Positions 18,561 through 28,405 of a stretch of DNA of 64,000 nt are shown here, piece after piece. The DNA is taken from contig CACJRF010000002.1 in NCBI GenBank assembly GCA_902595755.1, positions 10,677 to 74,676 of the forward strand, in the 5' to 3' direction. Source of the stretch: an uncultured Alphaproteobacteria bacterium (lineage in GTDB: Bacteria; Pseudomonadota; Alphaproteobacteria; Methylaequorales; Methylaequoraceae). Position 1 is the first letter of the stretch, and each line of letters opens with the position of its first letter. The notes beneath the pieces are model-generated. The model searched no databases. It was given only the letters and a program-made list of their open reading frames with translations, and was not told the origin of the DNA. The translations under genes were made by a program, and so were the position numbers.

Positions 18561-19537
18561 TTTACAAAAATCTTTGACTCGTCTACAAACTTAGAAATTT
18601 TTTCTTTAATTTTATCCATTTTAGGTTTTATAGAATTTTCAATTCTATTAGGTAAAATTTCAGATATATATTTTTCAAGGATGTAAGGGTTAGTTGGATT
18701 GATTTTAACCATACGTTTCAAATAGTTATTTGCCATTCTAAAGTTACCAATTGTTACCGAATGAACTTTATTTTTTTTAACAGAACTAAATATTTCTCTA
18801 AAAAATAAAGACATATCACATAAATCTCCGTACCAAATAAATGGATCAAATCTTATACCAATATTCCATCCTAAATTTTGCAACTCCCTTATAGCATTTA
18901 ATCTATTAATTAACTTTGGAGTATTATGCTCATGTGATTTTATTGAATACTCAGGATTTAAGCTAAAAGCTGGAATTATATTACTAGAAGGGTTAATCTT
19001 TTTTATACTTTTTATATTTGTACTTTTTGATCTTATTTCTAATATACCATTTTTTAGCTCAATAAATTTATTTAAAAAGAAATCCATAAATCCAGTTATA
19101 TCCTCCAATGCTAAGCTATCGCAGTCATAGCCAGAAAAAAAACAAATATTTCTAGATTTGTGATTTAGGATATCTTTAATGTTTAAAAAAAAATCTTCAT
19201 AGTTTACAAAAATAACATAATGCGCAGAGTTAAACATTCCTTGAAGAAAACAATAATTACAATCATAAATACAATTAAGCATATGAGAAAAATAATAGTT
19301 TTCACGTAATCCAATACTAAATTTTTTAGGAGCCTTTAGGATGAGATTCTTTTTTTTAGTTGCTAAAATAATACTTGTTTCATTTTTTTGTATTCTAAAG
19401 TTTTGATTTTTCGGATTGAAAATTTCTTTATAACTTTTACAAATAATTTTATTTTCATATTTTAATTTTTTTTCGATCTTCAAAGCTCTTTTATTATTTA
19501 AGATTTCTTCTTCTATGTATAAGTTCTTAATTTTCAT
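18557..19537 (-). CDS. spore photoproduct lyase-family radical SAM DNA repair enzyme
   Basis: 326 aa. Radical-SAM cluster CIYDCNYCFLQG (CxxxCxxC followed by (F/Y)LQ, as in SplB-family proteins). Confidence 0.7.
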   Translation of the reverse strand: MKIKNLYIEEEILNNKRALKIEKKLKYENKIICKSYKEIFNPKNQNFRIQKNETSIILATKKKNLILKAPKKFSIGLRENYYFSHMLNCIYDCNYCFLQGMFNSAHYVIFVNYEDFFLNIKDILNHKSRNICFFSGYDCDSLALEDITGFMDFFLNKFIELKNGILEIRSKSTNIKSIKKINPSSNIIPAFSLNPEYSIKSHEHNTPKLINRLNAIRELQNLGWNIGIRFDPFIWYGDLCDMSLFFREIFSSVKKNKVHSVTIGNFRMANNYLKRMVKINPTNPYILEKYISEILPNRIENSIKPKMDKIKEKISKFVDESKIFVN

Positions 19538-20325
19538 TACTGGATTATTTTTTTTAAATTAGACAATATTTTTTTGGTGTCTGTTTTACTTTTAAAAAGA
19601 TTAGTTTCAAAATTTATTTTTTTTAAATATATTAATGTTAAAAGTTTTTTCATTTGCTCATATTCTGATTTTGTAGTTTTAATTTTACTTAGTAAACCTT
19701 CAATTTTTAAATTTATTTTTTTTTGATCAGTGATATTGTTAGACCAGATTTTTAACACTTTTTCAAAAAAAATATCGAAATGTTTTTTTTTGGCTTCGAA
19801 CATTTTTTCAATTTTATCTTTTTCGTCATAATTAAATGAATTTTGCCTATTATCAGAAACTATTTTAAGTGAGTGGATTAATTCTCTGTAAGAATATTTA
19901 TTAGCAGTTTTATAAAATCCACTTAATTCCATATCAGATAGTGAATCACTATATTTCTGATCTACCTTATCATATGTTGTACACGATAATTGACTAATCC
20001 TGGTGATATTTGGGGAGTATGGATAATAATTTTTAAGACTTGCGCTATCGATTATTTTATTAATTATAAAAAGTTCACCTATAATACTACTAGCATGTCC
20101 TGCGATCCCAATATTTATCCAACAATTATTTTTAATCTTACCGAGTTCATGGTATGTAGTACAAACTGAAATCGCTGAGTTTATTTTTCCAATTCCACTT
20201 ATAGTTAAACTAAATTTGTCATTAAAGTAAATTTGAAACTCTTTTATAGAATTTATTTTTTTAAGTTTTAAGTAATTAATAAAGAATTTAGCCTCAGGGT
20301 TTGTTGCTGTAATTATGTGTATCAC
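19537..20325 (-). CDS. nucleoside phosphorylase/nucleosidase (PNP_UDP_1) superfamily-like protein with Lys-rich C-terminal extension
   Basis: 262 aa. The N-terminal ~170 aa resemble phosphorylase-family proteins (MIHIITATNPEA.., ISGIGKINSA, NIGIAGH). The last ~90 aa are unrelated. Confidence 0.4.
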   Translation of the reverse strand: MIHIITATNPEAKFFINYLKLKKINSIKEFQIYFNDKFSLTISGIGKINSAISVCTTYHELGKIKNNCWINIGIAGHASSIIGELFIINKIIDSASLKNYYPYSPNITRISQLSCTTYDKVDQKYSDSLSDMELSGFYKTANKYSYRELIHSLKIVSDNRQNSFNYDEKDKIEKMFEAKKKHFDIFFEKVLKIWSNNITDQKKINLKIEGLLSKIKTTKSEYEQMKKLLTLIYLKKINFETNLFKSKTDTKKILSNLKKIIQ

Positions 20326-20329
20326 AATT

Positions 20330-21115
20330 TTATAGTTTTATAAATTTTAATGTCATCCTATCACTCTCACCAATATTTAAATAATGAGTTTTTTTGCCGT
20401 CAGAGAATCTAGGAGGTAGCGACCATACACCTTTCTTATAATTTTTTATGTCTCTAGGGTTAGCATTAATTTCTGACTTTTCAACAAATTTGAATCCTTG
20501 ATTTTCAATTAGTTTTATTAAAAAACTTTCTTTAACATAACCTTTATCAAAATTCTTTTTATTATTAATAGAGGCTCGATGTTGCACCACACCAAGAATA
20601 CCTCCTTTTTTTAGCAGCTTAGAAAAGGAGTTATAAGCTTTTTCTGCTTTTTTCATTTGCAACCAATTATGTGAATTCCTAAAAGTTAATACAAGGTCAA
20701 AATAATCATTTTTATTATCAATATTTAAATTTTCATTAAAATAAATTTTTTTTACACTACCAAACGATTCATTGTTATCAAATTTATTAAGGAATTTTTT
20801 TTGGATCTTTTTTAGAATATCTATTTTTGGTTTATCGTACATCAAAACATAAAAATTTTGACTCCCTTTCATATATTTTGATATTATTTCGGTATACCAA
20901 CCAGTACCTGGAATAACTTCTAAAACTTTTTTTTCTTTTGAAATTTCAAAAAAGGATAACGTATCATAAGGATTCCTATATTTATCTCTATTTATATTTT
21001 CATTTCCTCGAAGTGGATTATCTATAGCAATTTTAAGAGAATCCTCACTGAGAGAACTAAATGGTAAGCTAAAAAAAAATAGCAAAACTAAAGAATTTAA
21101 AAATTTATACTTCAT
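20330..21115 (-). CDS. exported class I SAM-dependent methyltransferase-like protein
   Basis: 261 aa. Signal peptide, then the Rossmann motif I-like block VLEVIPGTGWYTEIISKYM and GGILGVVQHR. Confidence 0.6.
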   Translation of the reverse strand: MKYKFLNSLVLLFFFSLPFSSLSEDSLKIAIDNPLRGNENINRDKYRNPYDTLSFFEISKEKKVLEVIPGTGWYTEIISKYMKGSQNFYVLMYDKPKIDILKKIQKKFLNKFDNNESFGSVKKIYFNENLNIDNKNDYFDLVLTFRNSHNWLQMKKAEKAYNSFSKLLKKGGILGVVQHRASINNKKNFDKGYVKESFLIKLIENQGFKFVEKSEINANPRDIKNYKKGVWSLPPRFSDGKKTHYLNIGESDRMTLKFIKL

Positions 21116-21625
21116 TTATTTATCCTTACTAACGCTTTCTATTAAGTCATCCAAAGAAAACTGTTTATTTATTATATCTGATAATTCACCAATGTCTTCT
21201 TCATTCCTAATATCCCAACCAATAGGTGCTTTTACCGTTAAGTTTGATCGACACGAGTAAACAAATATCTGAAAATCTTTAATTAGATTTTCTGGATTAT
21301 ACTTTCTTTTTTTTAGACCCTCATATGGGTTTCCCTTTATTAAACCTTTTTCACCAGGTTCCACTTCGTTAATTATTGAATACATGTAATGATTAAGTAA
21401 GAGATATGGATCTTTTATATTTTTTACTTCTCCAAGAAATTGAAGTTTTAAAGTTGCAATATGTTCTAGTTCCTCAGCTTTTATTTCGGAATATTTTGCC
21501 AAATACTCTACAAACTTTTTTGTTTGCATAAAAAATGATTCATCTTTTACAATATAATCATAAACCATTAATGTGGATATAATTTTGATGAGCCACGGAG
21601 GACAGTATTTTGATTTACTAGCCAT
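21116..21625 (-). CDS. hypothetical protein
   Basis: 169-aa ORF with no gap to either neighbour (1-nt overlap with the upstream NDUFS4-like gene). No recognisable motif. Confidence 0.5.
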   Translation of the reverse strand: MASKSKYCPPWLIKIISTLMVYDYIVKDESFFMQTKKFVEYLAKYSEIKAEELEHIATLKLQFLGEVKNIKDPYLLLNHYMYSIINEVEPGEKGLIKGNPYEGLKKRKYNPENLIKDFQIFVYSCRSNLTVKAPIGWDIRNEEDIGELSDIINKQFSLDDLIESVSKDK

Positions 21626-21915
21626 TATTTTATGAAATTTTTAGAATATGATTTCTTTATAATCTTCCTTTTTTTTGTTTCTATAATTTCAAAATCAAGT
21701 TTTTTTGACTCAGCATATCTCACTGCTGATTCTAACGTATCAAAAAAAAGTGTTAAATTCTGTTCTGGATTTGAACTTCCAGTCCAACAAAAAACGCTGT
21801 TAATGAATGTTTCATTGGCCACTGAATTAGAAAGACACCATTTTTCTGACTTGCCAATTCCTGACTGCATTGCAGATTTAGCCGGTTGAAAGATTAAAAA
21901 ATTATCACTTTTCAT
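21625..21915 (-). CDS. NDUFS4/18-kDa-type ETC complex I accessory subunit homologue
   Basis: 96 aa. IFQPAKSAMQSG...W.L.F and the C-terminal F.T.E.A..YAE block match the alphaproteobacterial/mitochondrial NDUFS4 family. Confidence 0.7.
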   Translation of the reverse strand: MKSDNFLIFQPAKSAMQSGIGKSEKWCLSNSVANETFINSVFCWTGSSNPEQNLTLFFDTLESAVRYAESKKLDFEIIETKKRKIIKKSYSKNFIK

Positions 21916-23065
21916 ATTCCAAAAATCCTTTTTTTAGGTCATCAATTAAATCAGTCGACGACTCTAATCCTACATGAATTCTAAACCAAAAAACAGAGTT
22001 TTTGTAAGATTTAACAACTGGACTTAGATTGTTAACTGGTATGATTAAACTCTCAAAACCACCCCAACTAAAACCAATTTTAAATAATTTTAAATTATCT
22101 AGAAAAAAACTTATATCTTTTTTTTTAAGAATGCTGAATGTAATCAGTCCATTAGATAAACTAAAGTACTTTTTCCATAAATTATGATTTTTATTTTTTT
22201 TATCTGGCAAAAAAATTATATCTTTAACTATTTTATTTTTATTTAAAAAATTATAGACAACTTTTGCATTTTTTGAATGTTGATTCATTCTTGTTTCTAG
22301 TGTTCTTAACCCCCTGATAGCAGTAACACAACTGTCAGAATGTACATAATCTCCATATTTTGTAGCTGTTGACTTTATTTTTAAATAATTATTATAACTA
22401 CAAGCAATTATTCCACAAAAATTATCAGAATGACCTGATATATATTTTGTAGCAGACTCTATAACTATATCAACACCCCATTTCAACGGATTAAACCCTA
22501 GAAATGTTGCCCATGTATTATCAAAAACTGTAATAATATTTTTTTGTTTTGCAATTTTGATAATTTTTTCTAAATCTTCAACTTCATAATTCATAGAACC
22601 AGGTGATTCTAGGTAAATGATTTTAGTTTTTTTTGTAATCAATTTTGTAAAATTTTTAAGATTATTATTTTCAAAGAACTTAACTTTTACACCAAATTTG
22701 ACTAAATTTTGGGTTGCAAAATTATAAACTGGTTCATAACAGTTTTGTGTAATAAGACATTCTGAACCTTTTTCTAAAAAAGATACTAACGTTAAAGTTA
22801 TTGCAGATAATCCTGAACTTGTTATTACACAGCTTTCAGACTGATAAAGTTCTGACATTATTTTTTCTAGACGTTTTGTATTATAAGAACCCAACCTTCC
22901 ATAATAAGGTTTAGAAAACTTATTCTTTTTAGCTAGAAGATATTCTTTATAGTCTTTGAATATTAGCGTTGATGATTTATATAGCGGATCACTGAGGGAT
23001 CCATAATTTTTAACCGTATCAATTCCATTATGTATTAGCTTGGTTTTTATTTTATTTTTCCCCAT
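21905..23065 (-). CDS. metC: cystathionine beta-lyase / Cys-Met-metabolism PLP enzyme
   Basis: 386 aa with the PLP-lysine block ESATKYISGHSD and an overall MetC-like layout. Confidence 0.75.
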   Translation of the reverse strand: MGKNKIKTKLIHNGIDTVKNYGSLSDPLYKSSTLIFKDYKEYLLAKKNKFSKPYYGRLGSYNTKRLEKIMSELYQSESCVITSSGLSAITLTLVSFLEKGSECLITQNCYEPVYNFATQNLVKFGVKVKFFENNNLKNFTKLITKKTKIIYLESPGSMNYEVEDLEKIIKIAKQKNIITVFDNTWATFLGFNPLKWGVDIVIESATKYISGHSDNFCGIIACSYNNYLKIKSTATKYGDYVHSDSCVTAIRGLRTLETRMNQHSKNAKVVYNFLNKNKIVKDIIFLPDKKNKNHNLWKKYFSLSNGLITFSILKKKDISFFLDNLKLFKIGFSWGGFESLIIPVNNLSPVVKSYKNSVFWFRIHVGLESSTDLIDDLKKGFLEYEK

Positions 23066-23877
23066 TCAGTCCACGATCCATCATAAAGTTTGATTTTTTT
23101 AAAATTTAAAATGTATAATACAAAAATGATATTACAAGCAGTAATACCAGAACCACAGTAGCAAATAATATTTTTTTTTTTACTTAATCTTTTAAAAATT
23201 TTAATTAAATCATTCTTTGTTTTTAAGTATCCTAGGTAGTTTGTTATAAAGCCAAAAAAGATATTGATACTATTTTTTATATTACCTTTTTTTAAGTTCG
23301 GTCTAGGCTCTTCAACTTCACCTTTAAATCTAGCTTCAGGTCTTGCATCAATTATTATAGACTTATTAGTATTAATTTCTTTTTTAAGTGACGATTGATT
23401 AATTATCAAATTCGGCATTGATATTTGTGTGTAAGATCTTGAATATTTAATTTTCTTATCCCCACTTTCTAATCCATACTTTTTTTTTAGCCACATCTGA
23501 AAACCACCATCAAGTATTTTTACATTTTTAAAACCGAAGTATTTAAATAACAACCAAACTCTAGAAGACGAAAAAAAACCAATTTGATCATAAATAATAA
23601 TTTCTGAATTTTTGTTAATTCCAGATTTATTTATAAATTGAGTAAAAATATTAGTCTTCGGAAACATATGAGGCAATTGAGATTCCTTATTTGATATTTT
23701 ATCAATATCAAAAAAGATTGCATTTGGAATATGTTTATTTCTATACTGCATGAGGCCTTTTTTTTCATCTTCGAGATACCATCTACAATCTAATATTTTT
23801 ACCCTTTTAGACCTTAAAATTTTTTTTAGATTTTTTGGTTTAATAAGGTTTTGACAAATACTATTAATTAAAGCCAT
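23047..23877 (-). CDS. sseA: 3-mercaptopyruvate sulfurtransferase (tandem rhodanese)
   Basis: 276 aa. Two rhodanese domains and the active-site loop CGSGITAC. Confidence 0.8.
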   Translation of the reverse strand: MALINSICQNLIKPKNLKKILRSKRVKILDCRWYLEDEKKGLMQYRNKHIPNAIFFDIDKISNKESQLPHMFPKTNIFTQFINKSGINKNSEIIIYDQIGFFSSSRVWLLFKYFGFKNVKILDGGFQMWLKKKYGLESGDKKIKYSRSYTQISMPNLIINQSSLKKEINTNKSIIIDARPEARFKGEVEEPRPNLKKGNIKNSINIFFGFITNYLGYLKTKNDLIKIFKRLSKKKNIICYCGSGITACNIIFVLYILNFKKIKLYDGSWTEWGKIK

Positions 23878-24869
23878 TTTGGAATAGGTAAGTTTTTACT
23901 TTCTAAAAATTCTTTATTGAATATTTTGCTTTGATATTTTGTCCCATAGTCACAAAGAATTGTAACGATATTCTTATTCGGTCCTATCTCTTTGGCAAGT
24001 TTTATCGCTCCCATTATATTTATACCTGAAGATCCACCCAATATTAACCCTTCATGTTTTAGCATTTCAAATATTAATTCTAAGGCTTCGGCATCATTTA
24101 CTTGAAAAGAATCATCCACAATAACATTTTCAAGGTTTTTTGTTATTCGTCCTTGACCAATTCCTTCAGTAATTGAAGTTCCAGAAGATTCTAATACTCC
24201 ATTTTTGAAATAATTGTACATAGCTGAACCCATAGGATCAGCTATGCATACTTTAATTTTTTTATCTTTTTCTTTTAAATAGCCTGAGACACCTGCTATG
24301 GTTCCACCAGTGCCAATTGAACATATAAATCCATCTAAATTACCCGAAAAAGAATCATATATTTCTGGGCCAGTTGATAAGTAATGTGCCTTTTTGTTAG
24401 ATAAATTATCAAATTGATTTGCCCATAGTACTCCATTTGGATTTGATATTTCCTTGGAAATTTTCTCTGACACTCTTATGTAATTTCCAGGGTTTGAATA
24501 TGGTAGGGCATCAACCTCAACAAGTTTTGCTCCACAGAGTTTAAGCATCTCTTTTTTTTCTTTACTTTGAGATCTAGGTATTACTATTGTAGACTGTAAG
24601 CCTAAAGAATTTCCAACAAGGCAAAGTCCAATACCTGTATTTCCTGCAGTACCCTCAACAATTGTTCCACCACTTTGAATTTCCTTATTTTTTAGTGCAT
24701 CTTTAATTATTTGATAAGCAGCTCTATCTTTAACTGAGCCTCCTGGATTAAGAAATTCACATTTACCATAAATATTACAACCTGAAATTTCTGAAGCTAT
24801 CTTCAATTTAATTAATGGTGTGTTTCCAATACACTCTTCAAAGTTATTTTTTAAATTTTGTTTATTCAT
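23868..24869 (-). CDS. cysteine synthase / cystathionine beta-synthase family PLP enzyme
   Basis: 333 aa with NPGGSVKDRAA (PLP lysine), GNTGIGLC and GTGGTIAG. Confidence 0.85.
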   Translation of the reverse strand: MNKQNLKNNFEECIGNTPLIKLKIASEISGCNIYGKCEFLNPGGSVKDRAAYQIIKDALKNKEIQSGGTIVEGTAGNTGIGLCLVGNSLGLQSTIVIPRSQSKEKKEMLKLCGAKLVEVDALPYSNPGNYIRVSEKISKEISNPNGVLWANQFDNLSNKKAHYLSTGPEIYDSFSGNLDGFICSIGTGGTIAGVSGYLKEKDKKIKVCIADPMGSAMYNYFKNGVLESSGTSITEGIGQGRITKNLENVIVDDSFQVNDAEALELIFEMLKHEGLILGGSSGINIMGAIKLAKEIGPNKNIVTILCDYGTKYQSKIFNKEFLESKNLPIPKWL

Positions 24870-24967
24870 TTCTTTTGGGAATTATATATTAAAATGTAAA
24901 CCTTTTTTCACTTGAATGTTATAAAAAAATAAAAATACTCTTATTATTCCATTTATTTTAAATATTT

Positions 24968-25681
24968 ATGAAAACTTCAATTAAAATCAAAAATTTATCA
25001 AAATCATTTAATGGAAAAAAAATTTTAAAGGAGATTAATTTAGAACTTCCAAAAGATGGTATATTTGGGATTCTTGGTAAAAATGGAGCTGGAAAAACAA
25101 CGTTGCTAGCCACTTTAATGGGACTTATAACACCAACGTCAGGAGAAATAAAAATTTTTAATAAGTGTTTGAAGAAAAATAAGTTTGATATTCTCAACCA
25201 AATTAATTTTCAGAGTCCTTATATCGAATTACCTAAAAAGATGAGTGTTTACCAAAACTTGATATTTTACGCACGATTATATAATGTTAAAGATAGAGGA
25301 AAAATAATTAAAAATCTTTGTTCAGAGCTGTTAGTCAGTGACCTTTTGCATTTAAATTATGGTAAACTATCATCTGGACAGAAAACTCGCGTAAACTTAT
25401 GTAAAGCACTACTTAACAGACCTAAACTTTTGTTACTTGATGAGCCTACTGCGTCTTTAGATATTCAAACCTCTGATTTTATAAGAAAATATTTAGTAAA
25501 ATTTCAGAAAAATTATAAATCTGCAATTTTAATTACCTCACATAATTTAGAAGAAATAAAGTATATGTGTGATTACTTAATAATCCTCGAAGATGGAAAA
25601 GTAAAAGATTTTGATACAATTACAAATCTTTTAAAAAAAGGAAAAAAATCGAAAATAGAGGAACTTTTGCTAAATGATTAA
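24968..25681 (+). CDS. ABC transporter ATP-binding protein (ABC-2 type exporter)
   Basis: 237 aa with Walker A GKNGAGKTT, signature LSSGQK and Walker B LLLDEP. Confidence 0.9.
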   Translation: MKTSIKIKNLSKSFNGKKILKEINLELPKDGIFGILGKNGAGKTTLLATLMGLITPTSGEIKIFNKCLKKNKFDILNQINFQSPYIELPKKMSVYQNLIFYARLYNVKDRGKIIKNLCSELLVSDLLHLNYGKLSSGQKTRVNLCKALLNRPKLLLLDEPTASLDIQTSDFIRKYLVKFQKNYKSAILITSHNLEEIKYMCDYLIILEDGKVKDFDTITNLLKKGKKSKIEELLLND

Positions 25682-26465
25682 TAGAATATTCGCTTTATTA
25701 ATAAGATATCAGAATATAGCTTTAGGTTCAATGCCAAGGTTGATTAGCATATTTTATTGGCCAACTGTACAAATTTTATTTTGGGGATTTTTTACGAATT
25801 ATTTTTATCAAATTAATGAATTTAATATCTGGAGTTCTCTTAATGTAATTCTCTCTGCTGTAGTTCTATGGGATGTGTTGTTCAGAAGCCAACTTGGACT
25901 ATCAATGTCATTTTTTGAAGAACTTTGGTCTAGAAATCTTCCCAATTTGTTTATTACACCTATTAAAGATCATGAAATTATAATTGGTTTATTAATGATA
26001 AGTTTTTTAAGAACAATTCTTGGCTTAACACCGGCAATTTTTTTTGCTAATTACTTCTTCAATTTTCATTTATTTGAATTGGGCTTATACCTGATTTTCT
26101 TTTTTTTTAATTTAACTCTTATTGGTTGGTCAATTGGACTTTTAGTATCATCTCTTGTGTTGAGATACGGGCAATCGTTTGAAGAGTTGGCTTGGGCAAT
26201 TATATTTATAGTACTCCCATTTTCATGTGTTTACTATCCATTAAGCTCTTTACCTGAAGCTATGCAAACTTTTTCAGGTATGTTTCCAACAACTTTAATT
26301 TTTGAGGAGATGCGATCACTGATCTTTAATTCACACATGAATCTCATCAATCTCATAAAGATTTTTTTTATAAATATTTTTTTATTGCTGATGAGTTCCT
26401 TATTTTTTCTATTTATACTTAGAGTTGTTAGAAAAAAAGGAATTATGATAAACCAAGGTGAATAA
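25674..26465 (+). CDS. ABC-2 type transporter permease
   Basis: 263 aa with about 6 TM segments. Overlaps the ATPase gene by 8 nt. Confidence 0.8.
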   Translation: MINRIFALLIRYQNIALGSMPRLISIFYWPTVQILFWGFFTNYFYQINEFNIWSSLNVILSAVVLWDVLFRSQLGLSMSFFEELWSRNLPNLFITPIKDHEIIIGLLMISFLRTILGLTPAIFFANYFFNFHLFELGLYLIFFFFNLTLIGWSIGLLVSSLVLRYGQSFEELAWAIIFIVLPFSCVYYPLSSLPEAMQTFSGMFPTTLIFEEMRSLIFNSHMNLINLIKIFFINIFLLLMSSLFFLFILRVVRKKGIMINQGE

Positions 26466-26466
26466 T

Positions 26467-27396
26467 TTATTTTATCTTATATCTAATCTCATTTTCTTTA
26501 ACTTTGTCGTAAAAATACAAACATGATTGTCTAAGTAAATAAATATAGTCAGTTATTCCAGTGCTTAAAAAGATCCTAAGTAATAACATTTTATTAAAAA
26601 AGTTAGCTTTTGAATTTCTAATTGCCCATTTATTTGTTCTACCTAGTGCTTTTTTGCAAGCTACTATTTTTGCTTTTGAATTAAGTTGATTATTATTTTT
26701 AACAAAGTAATAAAGTGCTGCATTATAATCATGAATAAGTTGTGTTTTTTTATTATTCATTATTCGATTTTTGTCATCCTTTGGACCAAATGATGTTAAA
26801 TTATCAATGAAACAAAAGTTACCTAATTTTGCCAACTCTAATGCAAGAGAAAAATCTTCTATAAATAGTTTTTTATTACAACCATTTGATTTTTTTATAG
26901 CTTTATGTTCGTAGAGTGTTGGAGTTGTCCCTGAAAAACTTGATTGTATTGTATCGATAATTGGATTTTTTATAAATCGAAAATTAATAATTTTTTTATT
27001 CTCTGGGAATTCAATTTTATTGTAACTCTTTAGAAGAGAATAATTACTAAATACTGCAACCGACTTTTTTTTTTTTATTGCTTTTAATAAAATAGAAGTG
27101 CAGTCAGGGGTCATTATATCATCTCCACCTACTAATTTTATATAATCTCCAGTCGATAAATCAATTCCTTTTTGAGTTGCATTAGCTGGCCCTAAATTGA
27201 GTTGATTCAATATCTTAACATTAGACCATTTTTTTGTAGTTTTTTTTAATTTTGACAGCGAAGAGTCTTCTGAACCATCATTAATAAAAATATATTCTTT
27301 TTCATAACTACCATTTTGTTTCTTTATAGATCTTAAAACTTTGTTTATGTATGAACTTTTGTTGTAAATTGGACAAACGAAACTAACTTTGACCAT
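26467..27396 (-). CDS. glycosyltransferase family 2
   Basis: 309 aa with the N-terminal block VSFVCPIYNKSSYI and a DxD-context INDGSEDSS. Confidence 0.8.
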   Translation of the reverse strand: MVKVSFVCPIYNKSSYINKVLRSIKKQNGSYEKEYIFINDGSEDSSLSKLKKTTKKWSNVKILNQLNLGPANATQKGIDLSTGDYIKLVGGDDIMTPDCTSILLKAIKKKKSVAVFSNYSLLKSYNKIEFPENKKIINFRFIKNPIIDTIQSSFSGTTPTLYEHKAIKKSNGCNKKLFIEDFSLALELAKLGNFCFIDNLTSFGPKDDKNRIMNNKKTQLIHDYNAALYYFVKNNNQLNSKAKIVACKKALGRTNKWAIRNSKANFFNKMLLLRIFLSTGITDYIYLLRQSCLYFYDKVKENEIRYKIK

Positions 27397-27397
27397 C

Positions 27398-28399
27398 CTA
27401 AAATATTTTCTTTTTCCACGTATCAGGAGTTTTAGAATTGATAATTTCTATATCTAGATGATATCTGAATTTCTTTGGACCTTTAGATTTAATATATTCT
27501 ATCATTTTTGATATACCATCATCCAAACTAGTTTTAGTTTTATAATTTAAAAGCTTTCTAGCTTTTTCAGCGCTACAAGTCGCTTCTAGTACCTCTTGTG
27601 GTCTTCCTCTCATATATCTAGGGTTTAGATTTACCTTAAGTTGATTAGCTATCTTTTCCGCTAACTCATTGATGGTAATAAACTCTTCATCAGGACCAAT
27701 ATTTATTGTTTGTCCTAATACTTTTTTACTTGTAGCCATTTCTTTCAAACAGAAAAGATCATCGTCCACGTATGAAAAACATCTTTTTTGTTTACCGTCA
27801 CCATAGATAATTGGTTGTCGATTTTGTATCATAAGATTGATCATAATTGATGCTACATTTCTATATGGATCATCATATTTTTGTCTTGGTCCAATTATAT
27901 TGTGCGGGACAGCTATTACATATTCCACGTTATGAACTTCGCACAAATTTTTCAAAATATCTTCCGCTGCTACTTTAGCTATACCATAAGGATCTTGTGG
28001 CTTTGGAATATAATCTTCTCTAAATGGAACCTTATTGGTTCCATATCTGGCCATTGAGGAGCAAAATACTATTCTTTTAACTTTGTTTTCAATTGCAGCA
28101 CTAAATAGTGAAACTGAACCAGTTACAATGTTATTTGTAATTAGGTGAGGCGAAAATACAGATAAACCCTCATATGCTGTGGCTGCAGTATGATAAACAA
28201 GATCGCAGCCTTTAGTAATTTTAAGCATAGAGTTTCTATAACAACAATCATACTGATAAAACTCTGCTTCAGCTGGAACATTACTTAATTCACCTCCAAT
28301 TAAGCTATCACAACCAACAACATGATGACCATCCTTTATAAATGCATCTGCTAAATGACTTCCTAAAAAGCCTGCTATTCCACTGACAAATATTTTCAT
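27398..28399 (-). CDS. NAD-dependent sugar-nucleotide epimerase/dehydratase (extended SDR)
   Basis: 333 aa with Rossmann motif GIAGFLGSHL and catalytic YxxxK (YGIAKVAAE). Confidence 0.85.
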   Translation of the reverse strand: MKIFVSGIAGFLGSHLADAFIKDGHHVVGCDSLIGGELSNVPAEAEFYQYDCCYRNSMLKITKGCDLVYHTAATAYEGLSVFSPHLITNNIVTGSVSLFSAAIENKVKRIVFCSSMARYGTNKVPFREDYIPKPQDPYGIAKVAAEDILKNLCEVHNVEYVIAVPHNIIGPRQKYDDPYRNVASIMINLMIQNRQPIIYGDGKQKRCFSYVDDDLFCLKEMATSKKVLGQTINIGPDEEFITINELAEKIANQLKVNLNPRYMRGRPQEVLEATCSAEKARKLLNYKTKTSLDDGISKMIEYIKSKGPKKFRYHLDIEIINSKTPDTWKKKIF

Positions 28400-28405
28400 T
28401 TCATA

